From Citromicrobium sp. (GTDB lineage Bacteria; Pseudomonadota; Alphaproteobacteria; Sphingomonadales; Sphingomonadaceae), in contig PBYQ01000035.1 of NCBI GenBank assembly GCA_002729695.1, positions 65,344-129,343 of the forward strand: a DNA stretch of 64,000 bases, read 5' to 3'. Numbering within the stretch: the stretch's first letter is position 1; every line of letters begins with the position of its first letter. Below are positions 45,920-53,853 of this stretch, one piece after another. Below the pieces are notes generated by a model. That model was given only the letters and a program-made list of their open reading frames with translations, had not been told where the DNA came from and searched no databases. A program made the position numbers and the translations under genes.

Positions 45920-46417
45920 TCACGCACTGATTTTACGGCATTTTTTCCCATACCATGGCAGTCTTACTGCGTAGGGTGTGCCGTCCTTGCGTGCGTAGCC
46001 TTCGGCATCGAACACCATGTCGATATCGGGGTACTCGCCCGAGTCCTTGTCCTTCGCCCCCGCGCTGATCGCGACGAATACGCAATCGGCATTGCTGCAG
46101 TTCTGAAGGTGATGGCCGTTTTGAACGCCCGCTGCCCAAGCGACGACATCGCCGGGGCGGATCACGGTTTCACCTTCATCTTCCACCAGTACCGCTTCGC
46201 CCGAGAGCATCACCAGCAGCTCGTCTTCTTCGCTGTGCCAGTGTCGCTGGCTCGACCAAGCGCCCGGCTTCAGCGTCACATGGCTCGCGCCCATGCGCGT
46301 CAGCCCGGCAACGGGCGCGAGGCGGCGATACCAGCGGCCCTGCACCTCGGCATCGAACGGGGTGGGGTAGCCGGTCGCGTTGGTCTGTGGGATCGCGTCG
46401 AGATCGAGCTTGGGCAT
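45920..46417 (-). CDS. Cupin domain protein whose last 13 codons are island-derived
   Basis: Cupin core: HWHSEEDELLVMLSGEAVLVEDEGETVIRPGDVVAW. After ...KDGTPYA the C-terminus reads VRLPWYGKKCRKISA, encoded left of the attR repeat. Confidence 0.75.
   Translation of the reverse strand: MPKLDLDAIPQTNATGYPTPFDAEVQGRWYRRLAPVAGLTRMGASHVTLKPGAWSSQRHWHSEEDELLVMLSGEAVLVEDEGETVIRPGDVVAWAAGVQNGHHLQNCSNADCVFVAISAGAKDKDSGEYPDIDMVFDAEGYARKDGTPYAVRLPWYGKKCRKISA
45967..45982 (+). repeat. Right direct repeat (candidate attR core) of the genomic island
   Basis: CTGCGTAGGGTGTGCC. It lies inside the 3' end of the cupin ORF, where it encodes GTPYA. Confidence 0.65.
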
Positions 46418-46446
46418 TGGCGAAGTCTCCTGCTAGCGCAAAGGAC

Positions 46447-47580
46447 ATGACTGATGTTCTCGACCTCGCCAAGCGGCTGATCGCCGCACCCAGCGTCACC
46501 CCCGCAACCGGCGCGGTGTTCGACGAGATGCAGGCGATGCTGGAGCCGCTCGGCTTCGTGGTGAACCGATTTACCCGTGGCGCGGGCGCTGCCGGCAGTG
46601 ACGAGGCCCCGGTCGAAAACCTGTTCGCGATCCGCACCGGGGCAGGGCCGAAGCACTTCGCCTTTGCCGGGCATCTCGACGTGGTCCCGCCGGGGGAGGG
46701 CTGGGAAAGCGGAGCGTTCGAGCCCGAAATCAGGGGCGACCTGCTCTACGGGCGCGGCGCGGTCGACATGAAGGGCGCGATCGCCTGCATGGTCGCCGCC
46801 GTCGCCGACGTACCCGCCGATGCCGGGACGATAAGCTTCATCATCACCGGCGACGAGGAGGGGCCTGCGCTCCACGGCACGCGCGCGCTGATCGATTTCA
46901 TGCACGCGAACGGCCACGCGCCCGACCTGTGCCTTGTCGGCGAACCCACCAGCGTCAACCGGCTGGGCGACATGATGAAGATCGGCCGTCGCGGCTCGGT
47001 CAACATGTGGCTGACCGCCAGGGGCACGCAGGGGCACGTCGCCTACCCGCACCTCGCGGACAATCCGATCCCGCGCCTCGTCGCCGCGATGGCGGAGCTG
47101 GAAGCGCTCGAGCTGGACGAGGGCACCGACTGGTTTCAGCCGAGCAATCTGGAGATTACCGATATCGAGGTCGGCAATCCGGCGCACAACGTGATTCCCG
47201 GTGAAGCGCGGGCGCGCCTCTCGATCCGGTTCAACGACCTGCATTCGGGCGCTTCGCTGAGCGAGAAGGTCACCGCGATCTGCGCGCGGCATCAGGTGGA
47301 TGTGCGTCCCGTGATCTCGGGCGAGCCGTTCCTGACCCCGCCGGGCGATTTCTCCGCAATGGTCAGCGCGGCGGTGGAGGCCGAGACCGGCGTATCTCCC
47401 GAGCCATCCACCACCGGCGGCACCTCCGATGCACGCTTCCTTCGCGCTGTGTGCCCGGTGATCGAATTCGGTCTGCTCAACGCAACCATGCACAAGCGCG
47501 ACGAGGCTGTTGCGGTGGCCGACCTCGCCGTGCTCACGCGCATCTATACGCGGATAGCGCGCGCCGCCTTGGCATCGTAG
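46447..47580 (+). CDS. dapE: Succinyl-diaminopimelate desuccinylase
   Basis: Internal ATG at 46447: MTDVLDLAKRLIAAPSVTP, HLDVVPPG, GRGAVDMKG, ITGDEEG. Confidence 0.9.
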   Translation: MTDVLDLAKRLIAAPSVTPATGAVFDEMQAMLEPLGFVVNRFTRGAGAAGSDEAPVENLFAIRTGAGPKHFAFAGHLDVVPPGEGWESGAFEPEIRGDLLYGRGAVDMKGAIACMVAAVADVPADAGTISFIITGDEEGPALHGTRALIDFMHANGHAPDLCLVGEPTSVNRLGDMMKIGRRGSVNMWLTARGTQGHVAYPHLADNPIPRLVAAMAELEALELDEGTDWFQPSNLEITDIEVGNPAHNVIPGEARARLSIRFNDLHSGASLSEKVTAICARHQVDVRPVISGEPFLTPPGDFSAMVSAAVEAETGVSPEPSTTGGTSDARFLRAVCPVIEFGLLNATMHKRDEAVAVADLAVLTRIYTRIARAALAS

Positions 47581-47709
47581 AACCCGGCATCGCGAGGGCT
47601 CGCAGGCTCTGCGGCGATTCATGGCGAAGCGTTCTGCGCACGTGCGCTCTATCGGTCCGTGGATTGCTTCGCTACGCTCGCCATGACGAAGGATAAGGGG
47701 GAAGAAGAC

Positions 47710-48948
47710 TTGTTCGCCAAATGGTTCGCCATTCCGCTGTGGCAGCGGGTGATCGCCGCTCTGGTGCTCGGCATCATCACCGGCCGCCTGTGGGGCCCGG
47801 ATGCGGAGAGCATCAAGATCATCGGCGACGTCTTCATCGCCTTCATCAAGATGCTGGTCGTCCCGCTGATCTTCTTCAGCCTCGTTTCCGGCGTCGCTGC
47901 GATCGGCGACCTGCGCAAGCTCGGCGCTGTGGGCGGCCGCGCGATGCTGCTGTTCGTGGTCACCGGCCAGATCGCGGTGTGGCTCGGCCTGCTGCTCGGC
48001 ACGCTGATCCAGCCGGGGATCGGCGTCGACACCGCGGGGCTCGACCTCGGGCCGACGCCCGCGCCCAACGAGACGACTTGGCGCGAGATGATCCTCGGCA
48101 TCGTCCCGCAAAGCCCGGTGCAGGTGATGGCGGATGTCAACGTGCTGCCGCTGATCGTCTTCTCCCTGCTGATCGGCATCGGCATCCTGATGTCGAAGGA
48201 AGAGGGATCGCCGGTCCAGAAGATTTTCGATTCGGGCGCGGTGGTGATGCAGAACGTCACAATGGTGGTGATGGAGCTGACCCCGTTCGGCGTCTTTGCG
48301 CTAATGGCGTGGGTTGCGGGCACGCTCGGCTTCGATGCGCTGATCGCGCTCGGCAAGCTGGTTGGGCTCAACTACCTCGGCTGCCTGCTGATCATCTTCG
48401 TGATGTATTCGGCGATGATAAAGCTGATCGCGCGGTTGCCGGTGATCGGCTTCTTCCGCGGGATCGTGGACGCGATGGCGGTGAGCTATTCCACCGCCAG
48501 CTCCAACGCGACGCTGCCGGTGACGCTGCGCTGTGCGGAGCGCAACCTCGGCGTCTCCAACTCGGTTGCCAGCTTCGTGATCGCGCTGGGTGCGACGATC
48601 AACATGAACGGCACCGCGATGTACCTTGGCCTCGCGACGCTGTTCGGTGCGCAGGTGTTCGGCGTGGACCTGAGCTGGGGCCAGTACTTCCTGATCTCGA
48701 TCCTCGCGACTTTGGGCGCAGTCGGTGCCGCGGGCATTCCCGGTGCGGGGCTGATCATGATGGCGCTGGTGTTCGGCGCGGTCGGCGTGCCGCTCGAAAC
48801 GATCGCCTTCGTCGCCGGCGTGGACCGGATCATGGACATGATGCGCACCACCACCAATGTCAGCGGAGACGCGGCGGTGGCGGTGACCGTGGCCAACATG
48901 ACCGGCGAACTCGATCGCGAAGAACTGATCAGCGCGGACGACGTTTAG
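47710..48948 (+). CDS. Dicarboxylate/amino acid:cation symporter (DAACS family)
   Basis: TTG at 47710, 7 nt after AAGGGGGAAG, giving (M)FAKWFAIPLWQRVIAALVLGI. DAACS motifs are present (SSNATLPV, AGIPGAGL). The alternative ATG at 47683 lacks a Shine-Dalgarno sequence. Confidence 0.85.
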   Translation: MFAKWFAIPLWQRVIAALVLGIITGRLWGPDAESIKIIGDVFIAFIKMLVVPLIFFSLVSGVAAIGDLRKLGAVGGRAMLLFVVTGQIAVWLGLLLGTLIQPGIGVDTAGLDLGPTPAPNETTWREMILGIVPQSPVQVMADVNVLPLIVFSLLIGIGILMSKEEGSPVQKIFDSGAVVMQNVTMVVMELTPFGVFALMAWVAGTLGFDALIALGKLVGLNYLGCLLIIFVMYSAMIKLIARLPVIGFFRGIVDAMAVSYSTASSNATLPVTLRCAERNLGVSNSVASFVIALGATINMNGTAMYLGLATLFGAQVFGVDLSWGQYFLISILATLGAVGAAGIPGAGLIMMALVFGAVGVPLETIAFVAGVDRIMDMMRTTTNVSGDAAVAVTVANMTGELDREELISADDV

Positions 48949-49047
48949 CGAAGGGCGCAGCTACTCGGCGGGCGAGAAAGCATGGCGGATGGCCGTCTGC
49001 TTCTTGCTCCTCGGGGCTGCTACTGCTGCGGCGGCTGCCTCTAGCGG

Positions 49048-49470
49048 TTACTCGCCCATGATCATCGGCGCGTCGCTTACCTTGTCGGCATATTCGACCG
49101 GCACGAAGTCGCCGAGCCCGCACGCGGGTCCGCGGTCGAAACCGCCGCTGTAATTATCCAGCTCGTAGACGATTTCGCCGCTGCACAGCGTGCCACCCTT
49201 GACCTCGTAGGTGATGGCGTCGCCATTGCGCAGAACCGGGCAGCCGTTGGCGAGGTAGTTGCGGTACACCTTGCCGCCGGTGACGGTGAAATCGATCACG
49301 CCATCACCGCGCACCTGAGTGTTCTGGATGCTCCCGGCGGAAAGGCAACCCCTGGCCTCTCCGATAACCTTCACGGCCGGTTCGACGGCGGCGACGGACT
49401 TGCTCGGTTCGTCGACCGGGGCGCACGAGACAAGGACGATGGCGCCTGCGAATGCTGCTGCCTTTTTCAT
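49048..49470 (-). CDS. Hypothetical lipoprotein
   Basis: Lipobox in MKKAAAFAGAIVLVSCA. 4-nt overlap with nth. Confidence 0.6.
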   Translation of the reverse strand: MKKAAAFAGAIVLVSCAPVDEPSKSVAAVEPAVKVIGEARGCLSAGSIQNTQVRGDGVIDFTVTGGKVYRNYLANGCPVLRNGDAITYEVKGGTLCSGEIVYELDNYSGGFDRGPACGLGDFVPVEYADKVSDAPMIMGE

Positions 49471-50150
49471 GATCCAATCTCCTTCGGGGTGGCCTTAACG
49501 CGTTGCGATTTGGGCGGTTCTAGCACCTTTTTGCGAAAACTGCACAAATCGACGAGCTCGCAGCGCCAGCATTCGGGCGTGCGCGCCTTGCACACGTAGC
49601 GGCCGTGCAGGATCAGCCAGTGATGTGCGTGGAAGCGAAAGGGGCCGGGCACGCGCTTTTCCAGCTTGGCCTCGACCGCCTCGGGCGTCTTGCCCTTGGC
49701 GAGGCCGGTTCGGTTGCCGACGCGGAAGATATGCGTGTCGACTGCAAACGTCTCCTGCCCGAAGGCGCAGTTGAGCACGACATTGGCGGTCTTGCGGCCC
49801 ACACCGGGCAGCGTGACCAGCTCCTCGCGCGTCTGCGGTACTTCGCCGCCATGCTCGTCCACCAGCAGCCGCGCCATCGCGATCACGTTTTTCGCCTTCG
49901 AGTTGAACAGGCCGATCGTCTTGATGTGATCCTTCAGCCCGTCCTCGCCCAGATCGAGCATCTGCTGCGGCGTCTCGACCCTGGCAAACAGCGCGCGGGT
50001 CGCCTTGTTGACGCCCACATCGGTCGCCTGCGCGCTCAGCGTCACCGCGACCAGCAGCTGGTAGGGATTGCCATACTCCAGCTCTGTCTCCGGCGAAGGA
50101 TTGCCCTCCGCCAGGCGGCGGAAGAATTCGAAGATCTGGTCCTTGGTCAT
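49467..50150 (-). CDS. nth: Endonuclease III
   Basis: HhH-GPD motif LVTLPGVGRKTANVVL, and a C-terminal 4Fe-4S cluster motif CKARTPECWRCELVDLC. Confidence 0.93.
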   Translation of the reverse strand: MTKDQIFEFFRRLAEGNPSPETELEYGNPYQLLVAVTLSAQATDVGVNKATRALFARVETPQQMLDLGEDGLKDHIKTIGLFNSKAKNVIAMARLLVDEHGGEVPQTREELVTLPGVGRKTANVVLNCAFGQETFAVDTHIFRVGNRTGLAKGKTPEAVEAKLEKRVPGPFRFHAHHWLILHGRYVCKARTPECWRCELVDLCSFRKKVLEPPKSQRVKATPKEIGS

Positions 50151-50171
50151 AGTCTCGAGGTCACGCCATCT

Positions 50172-50714
50172 TTACCGCAGCCAGCGGATCATGTTGGGGA
50201 AAGAGGCCGTGCCCTGAGCCATCGCCGTCTGCATATCGGCGCACATGCCATAATAGCCGAGCATCGGCGCGCCGATGTAGTGGCCGGTGGCGAAGGACTG
50301 GATCAGCTTGGCGCTGTCATCGCGATAGCCGCCAGAATGGAACAGGTGTTTGAGCGGCATGCCGACCTGGCGCGAAGCGGCGAAGGACCACGCGATCGCC
50401 ATCATCTCGTCGGTCGGGTCGGCTTCGATCGGCCCCAGCGTCGGGCGATCCTCGGGCGCGGCGGCGGCGATATGGCCGCCTTCGTGCAGCAGGTCGCTCG
50501 GCCAGATCGGCGTTTCGGGGTCGACCAGCAGGCGCCCGCCAATGATCGCCAGACCATCGAGCAACTGCGCTTCATCGTCCGGCCCGATCCAGTCGACCTC
50601 TATCCCGACCTCTTCGAGGAAAGCGAGGCACCGCGCGGCTGCCTCCGCCCCGCCGCCTTCCTCGCGCCACAGACACTTTTCGGCGGTCACACGGGTGCTC
50701 GCACTGCCGCTCAT
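50172..50714 (-). CDS. Conserved hypothetical protein
   Basis: Internal ATG at 50714 (ATGA overlap with dapB). No recognised domain. Confidence 0.5.
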   Translation of the reverse strand: MSGSASTRVTAEKCLWREEGGGAEAAARCLAFLEEVGIEVDWIGPDDEAQLLDGLAIIGGRLLVDPETPIWPSDLLHEGGHIAAAAPEDRPTLGPIEADPTDEMMAIAWSFAASRQVGMPLKHLFHSGGYRDDSAKLIQSFATGHYIGAPMLGYYGMCADMQTAMAQGTASFPNMIRWLR

Positions 50715-51439
50715 ATGCCGAGCACGTCCTCCATCGTGTAGCGGCTCGGCTGCTTGCCGATCAGCCACGCCGCGCCGGTCAGCGCACCTCGTGCGAAGAG
50801 GGCGCGGTCTTCTGCAACGTGGCTCAGCACGATCCGTTCGTTCTCGCCTGCGAGGATCACCGAATGCTCACCCGCGACCGTGCCGCCGCGCAAGGATGCA
50901 AAGCCGATGGCACCGTCTCCGCGTTCCCCGGTGTGCCCGTCGCGACCGCGCTCGCTGTTTTCTGCCAGATCGATCCCGCGCCCTTGCGCAGCCGCCTCGC
51001 CCAGCAGCAGCGCGGTACCGGATGGGGCGTCGACCTTCCTGCGATGGTGCATCTCGACGATTTCGATATCCCAGCCCGCGTCCAGCTTGCCCGCCGCCTC
51101 GCGTACCAGCTTGGCAAGCATCGTCACGCCGAGCGAGGTGTTGCCCGTCTGGAGCACCGGGACCGCGCGCGCGGCATTGTCGATGGCGGTGTGATGCTGC
51201 GCTTCCAGACCGGTGGTGCCGATCAGGATCGGAACCCCGGCCCCGACTGCGGCGTGCAGATTGGTATGCAGCGCGCCGGGTGCGGAAAAGTCGATCAGCA
51301 CATCGCTGCGGTCGGCCAGCCCGGCGACGTCCTCGCCCTTGTCCACTCCGCCGACGAGCGTGTGCGCACCGCCCTCTATCGCCGCCGCGATTGCCTGCCC
51401 CATGCGCCCGTCGCGCCCGATAATTCCGATTGCCGCCAT
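50711..51439 (-). CDS. dapB: 4-hydroxy-tetrahydrodipicolinate reductase
   Basis: Internal ATG at 51439: MAAIGIIGRDGRMGQAI...EIVEMHHRRKVDAPSGTA. Confidence 0.9.
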   Translation of the reverse strand: MAAIGIIGRDGRMGQAIAAAIEGGAHTLVGGVDKGEDVAGLADRSDVLIDFSAPGALHTNLHAAVGAGVPILIGTTGLEAQHHTAIDNAARAVPVLQTGNTSLGVTMLAKLVREAAGKLDAGWDIEIVEMHHRRKVDAPSGTALLLGEAAAQGRGIDLAENSERGRDGHTGERGDGAIGFASLRGGTVAGEHSVILAGENERIVLSHVAEDRALFARGALTGAAWLIGKQPSRYTMEDVLGI

Positions 51440-51473
51440 TGCGCTCCCGCCTTGCCAGTGTTTGATGCGTGCA

Positions 51474-52184
51474 ATGGCAGACATTCGCAACATCGTCATC
51501 CTGACCGGCGCAGGAATTTCCGCAGAGAGCGGGATCGACACCTTCCGCGATGCAGGCGGCTTGTGGGAGAAGCACCGGATCGAGGATGTCGCGACGCCGG
51601 AGGCCTTCGCGCGCAATCCCGCGCTGGTGCAGGGCTTCTACGATGCGCGACGAGCGGCGCTCGAAACGGTCGAGCCCAACGCGGCGCACGACGCACTGGC
51701 GCGGCTCGATGCGCGGTGGCCCGACGATGAGACGCACGGTCTGCTGATAGTCACCCAGAATGTCGACGACCTGCACGAGCGTGCGGGGGCCAATCGCGTG
51801 CTCCATATGCATGGACGCCTGCGCAGCGCGTTGTGTGCAGCGTGCGGCGCGCGCACCGAGTGGCACGGTCCGCTCACCAATGCGCCGCCCTGCGAGGTCT
51901 GCGGCGTGTCTGCGTTGCGGCCCGATATCGTGTGGTTCGGTGAGATGCCTTATGAGATGGAACGCGTCTACGCCGCGCTCGCCAAGGCCGACCTGTTCGT
52001 CAGCATCGGCACCAGCGGTGCGGTCTATCCGGCGGCGGGCTTCGTGCAGGAGGCGGCGGCTTACGGCGCGCGCACGCTCGAACTCAATCTGGAACGCAGC
52101 GAAGGATCGCACTGGTTCGACGAATCGCGACAGGGCAGGGCAGGCGAGCTGGTACCCGCATGGGTGGACGAGGTGCTGGGATGA
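51474..52184 (+). CDS. cobB: NAD-dependent protein deacylase (Sir2/CobB)
   Basis: Internal ATG at 51474: ILTGAGISAESGIDTFRD, QNVDDLHERAG, and a CxxC...CxxC zinc module. Confidence 0.88.
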   Translation: MADIRNIVILTGAGISAESGIDTFRDAGGLWEKHRIEDVATPEAFARNPALVQGFYDARRAALETVEPNAAHDALARLDARWPDDETHGLLIVTQNVDDLHERAGANRVLHMHGRLRSALCAACGARTEWHGPLTNAPPCEVCGVSALRPDIVWFGEMPYEMERVYAALAKADLFVSIGTSGAVYPAAGFVQEAAAYGARTLELNLERSEGSHWFDESRQGRAGELVPAWVDEVLG

Positions 52185-52519
52185 GCGAACACCATGGAAG
52201 CTGTCACTGCGGCAAGATCAGGCTCACGCTGCGCGACGATCCGGTCGAGGCGACCGAGTGCAACTGCTCGATCTGCCGCCGCACCGCGGGGCTGTGGCAC
52301 TACCCGTCGCCCAAGCTCGTCACGGTCGAAGGCGAGGCGACCGGCTACCAGCAGGGCGATCGCATGATCACCACCTGGCATTGCGACACATGTGCGTGCA
52401 CGACTCACTGGATCGCCGTCGATCCCGAGTACGACCGGATGGGCGTCAACCTGCGCATGTTCGATCCCGCCCTTTGGGAGAGCCTGCCGCGCAAGTTCGT
52501 AGACGGCGCGAGCTTCTAG
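52181..52519 (+). CDS. GFA (glutathione-dependent formaldehyde-activating/CENP-V-like) family protein
   Basis: MSEHHGSCHCGKIRL...CNCSIC...CDTCAC. ATGA overlap with cobB. Confidence 0.8.
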   Translation: MSEHHGSCHCGKIRLTLRDDPVEATECNCSICRRTAGLWHYPSPKLVTVEGEATGYQQGDRMITTWHCDTCACTTHWIAVDPEYDRMGVNLRMFDPALWESLPRKFVDGASF

Positions 52520-52528
52520 GGCGCGTTT

Positions 52529-53299
52529 CTAGCGCGCGCCGCACCCTTGACACGCCGGGTCCTTGGCGATCCGGAAGCTGCGGGTCTCCGGAGTAAGGCC
52601 GTCGAGCAGGTGCAATTGCCCCCATTGCGGGTCGCCGAAGCTGCTTGCCCCAGCCAGCAGCACGCGAATGGCCTGCATCGCCGCAAAGCTGCCGACCCAG
52701 CCGACCATTGCTCCCAGCACGCCGTCTTCGGCGCAGGTGTCGCAATCCTCTGCATCGAAAGCGTCGCCGACGAAGCAGCGGTAGCAGGCGTGCTCGGGCA
52801 GGTGCCCCGCGAATGCGCCGACCTGACCCTGGAAGCGGCCCACCGCAGCGGAGAGCAGCGGGATACCCGCCGCCACGCAGGCGTCGGAGACCGCGAGCCG
52901 GGTCGCGAAATTATCCGTCCCGTCGAGCACGAGGTCTGCGCCCGCAATCAGCCTGGCCGCGTTGTCCGGATCGATCCGGTCGTCGCGGACGTCTGCCGTC
53001 AGTCCACCGTCGAAGTTCGCCAGCCAGCGGCGCGCGGCGACCGCCTTGGCGTGGCCGATATCGCGGGTGGTGTAGATCGTCTGCCGCTGGAGGTTGGAGA
53101 GCTCGACATCGCCCGAATCGATCAATGTGAAACCACCCACGCCTGCGCCGGCGAGATATTGCAGCACGGGGCTGCCGATCCCGCCGAGCCCGATCAGCGC
53201 GACATGCTTGACTGCCAACGCCGCCTGCCCCGCGCCGCCGACTTCGGGTAGCACGATGTGGCGGGCGAACCGTTCGAGGCGTTCGGCGGGCAGGGTCAC
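52529..53299 (-). CDS. HesA/MoeB/ThiF family adenylyltransferase
   Basis: RFARHIVLPEVGGAGQAAL...IGLGGIGSP nucleotide-binding motif, with CYRC...CxxC. Confidence 0.85.
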   Translation of the reverse strand: MTLPAERLERFARHIVLPEVGGAGQAALAVKHVALIGLGGIGSPVLQYLAGAGVGGFTLIDSGDVELSNLQRQTIYTTRDIGHAKAVAARRWLANFDGGLTADVRDDRIDPDNAARLIAGADLVLDGTDNFATRLAVSDACVAAGIPLLSAAVGRFQGQVGAFAGHLPEHACYRCFVGDAFDAEDCDTCAEDGVLGAMVGWVGSFAAMQAIRVLLAGASSFGDPQWGQLHLLDGLTPETRSFRIAKDPACQGCGAR

Positions 53300-53730
53300 T
53301 CGGGGTCCTGCCGATCAGGTGCGGCCGATCGGCGTTCCTGCCGGAATGCGCCGATGCCGTTCCACCACAGGAACGCGATGACCCCGCCTTTGACAGGCTG
53401 GAGCATCGCCAGCAGCATCGCCACGGCAACCGGCAGGATGATCGCCAGCGTCAGCCAGGCGGACAGGCCGTAGCTGCCGATCATCGCGATCACCACGGGC
53501 GCGAGCAGGTGGCCGGTAACGATGATGCCGATGTAGGCCGGAAAATCGTCGGCCTGCTGGATCGACCAATCCTGCGCGCAATACGGGCAGCGGTCGACCG
53601 GCTTGAGCCAGGCCCGAAACAGCCGCGCGCCATCGCATCGCGGGCATTTCCCGCGCAGGCCGCGCAACAGTGCCGCTCCCATCGTGGCGGGGAGATCGGG
53701 CTTAAGACCGGGAGTGTGTGGATCGACCAT
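53296..53730 (-). CDS. DUF983-like zinc-ribbon membrane protein
   Basis: Internal ATG at 53730: GKCPRCDGARLF...DRCPYC followed by TM helices. 4-nt overlap with the ThiF-like gene. Confidence 0.75.
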   Translation of the reverse strand: MVDPHTPGLKPDLPATMGAALLRGLRGKCPRCDGARLFRAWLKPVDRCPYCAQDWSIQQADDFPAYIGIIVTGHLLAPVVIAMIGSYGLSAWLTLAIILPVAVAMLLAMLQPVKGGVIAFLWWNGIGAFRQERRSAAPDRQDPE

Positions 53731-53772
53731 CGACAAGCCTGTTGGCAGTGCGTGGACCGCCTGTCGACAACT

Positions 53773-53808
53773 CTGTTCAAGGCGCTGTTCAAGGCCCTGT
53801 TCAAAGAA
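53773..53808. repeat. Three tandem 12-bp repeats (CTGTTCAAGGCG / CTGTTCAAGGCC / CTGTTCAAAGAA)
   Basis: Read directly from the sequence. It lies 43-78 bp upstream of the DUF983 start and just downstream of the dnaA stop. Confidence 0.7.
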
Positions 53809-53853
53809 TGTCGGCAGGCAGTGGCACACAGTGTCGATCGGTTGTGGGCGAGA

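Larger units (their letters stand above)
35485..45982. mobile_element. ~10.5 kb integrative genomic island carrying tandem integrases, Hen1/Pnkp and an AAA-S8 peptidase pair
   Basis: Flanking 16-bp direct repeats, with integrases abutting the right repeat. G+C is visibly lower (hand count 27/60 at 40081-40140 versus 38/60 at 33001-33060). The insertion remodels the cupin 3' end. Confidence 0.7.

Noticed and set aside
45811-45951. The 47-codon N-terminal extension of the first integrase (MGKNAVKSVREML...)
   Set aside because: It would overlap the cupin 3' end by 32 nt on the same strand. DUF4102-type integrases normally begin about 20-30 residues before the conserved LPL/GLxxRV block, which fits the ATG at 45810. 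The longer start cannot be excluded.
47659-47709. Track start MDCFATLAMTKDKGEED for the DAACS transporter
   Set aside because: GGATTGCTTCGCTACGCTCGCCATGACG resembles a dispersed alphaproteobacterial repeat that is often mistranslated as ...CFASLAMT. There is no Shine-Dalgarno sequence there, whereas a downstream TTG has a good one. Only one copy lies in this window, so the repeat status is from memory, not demonstrated.
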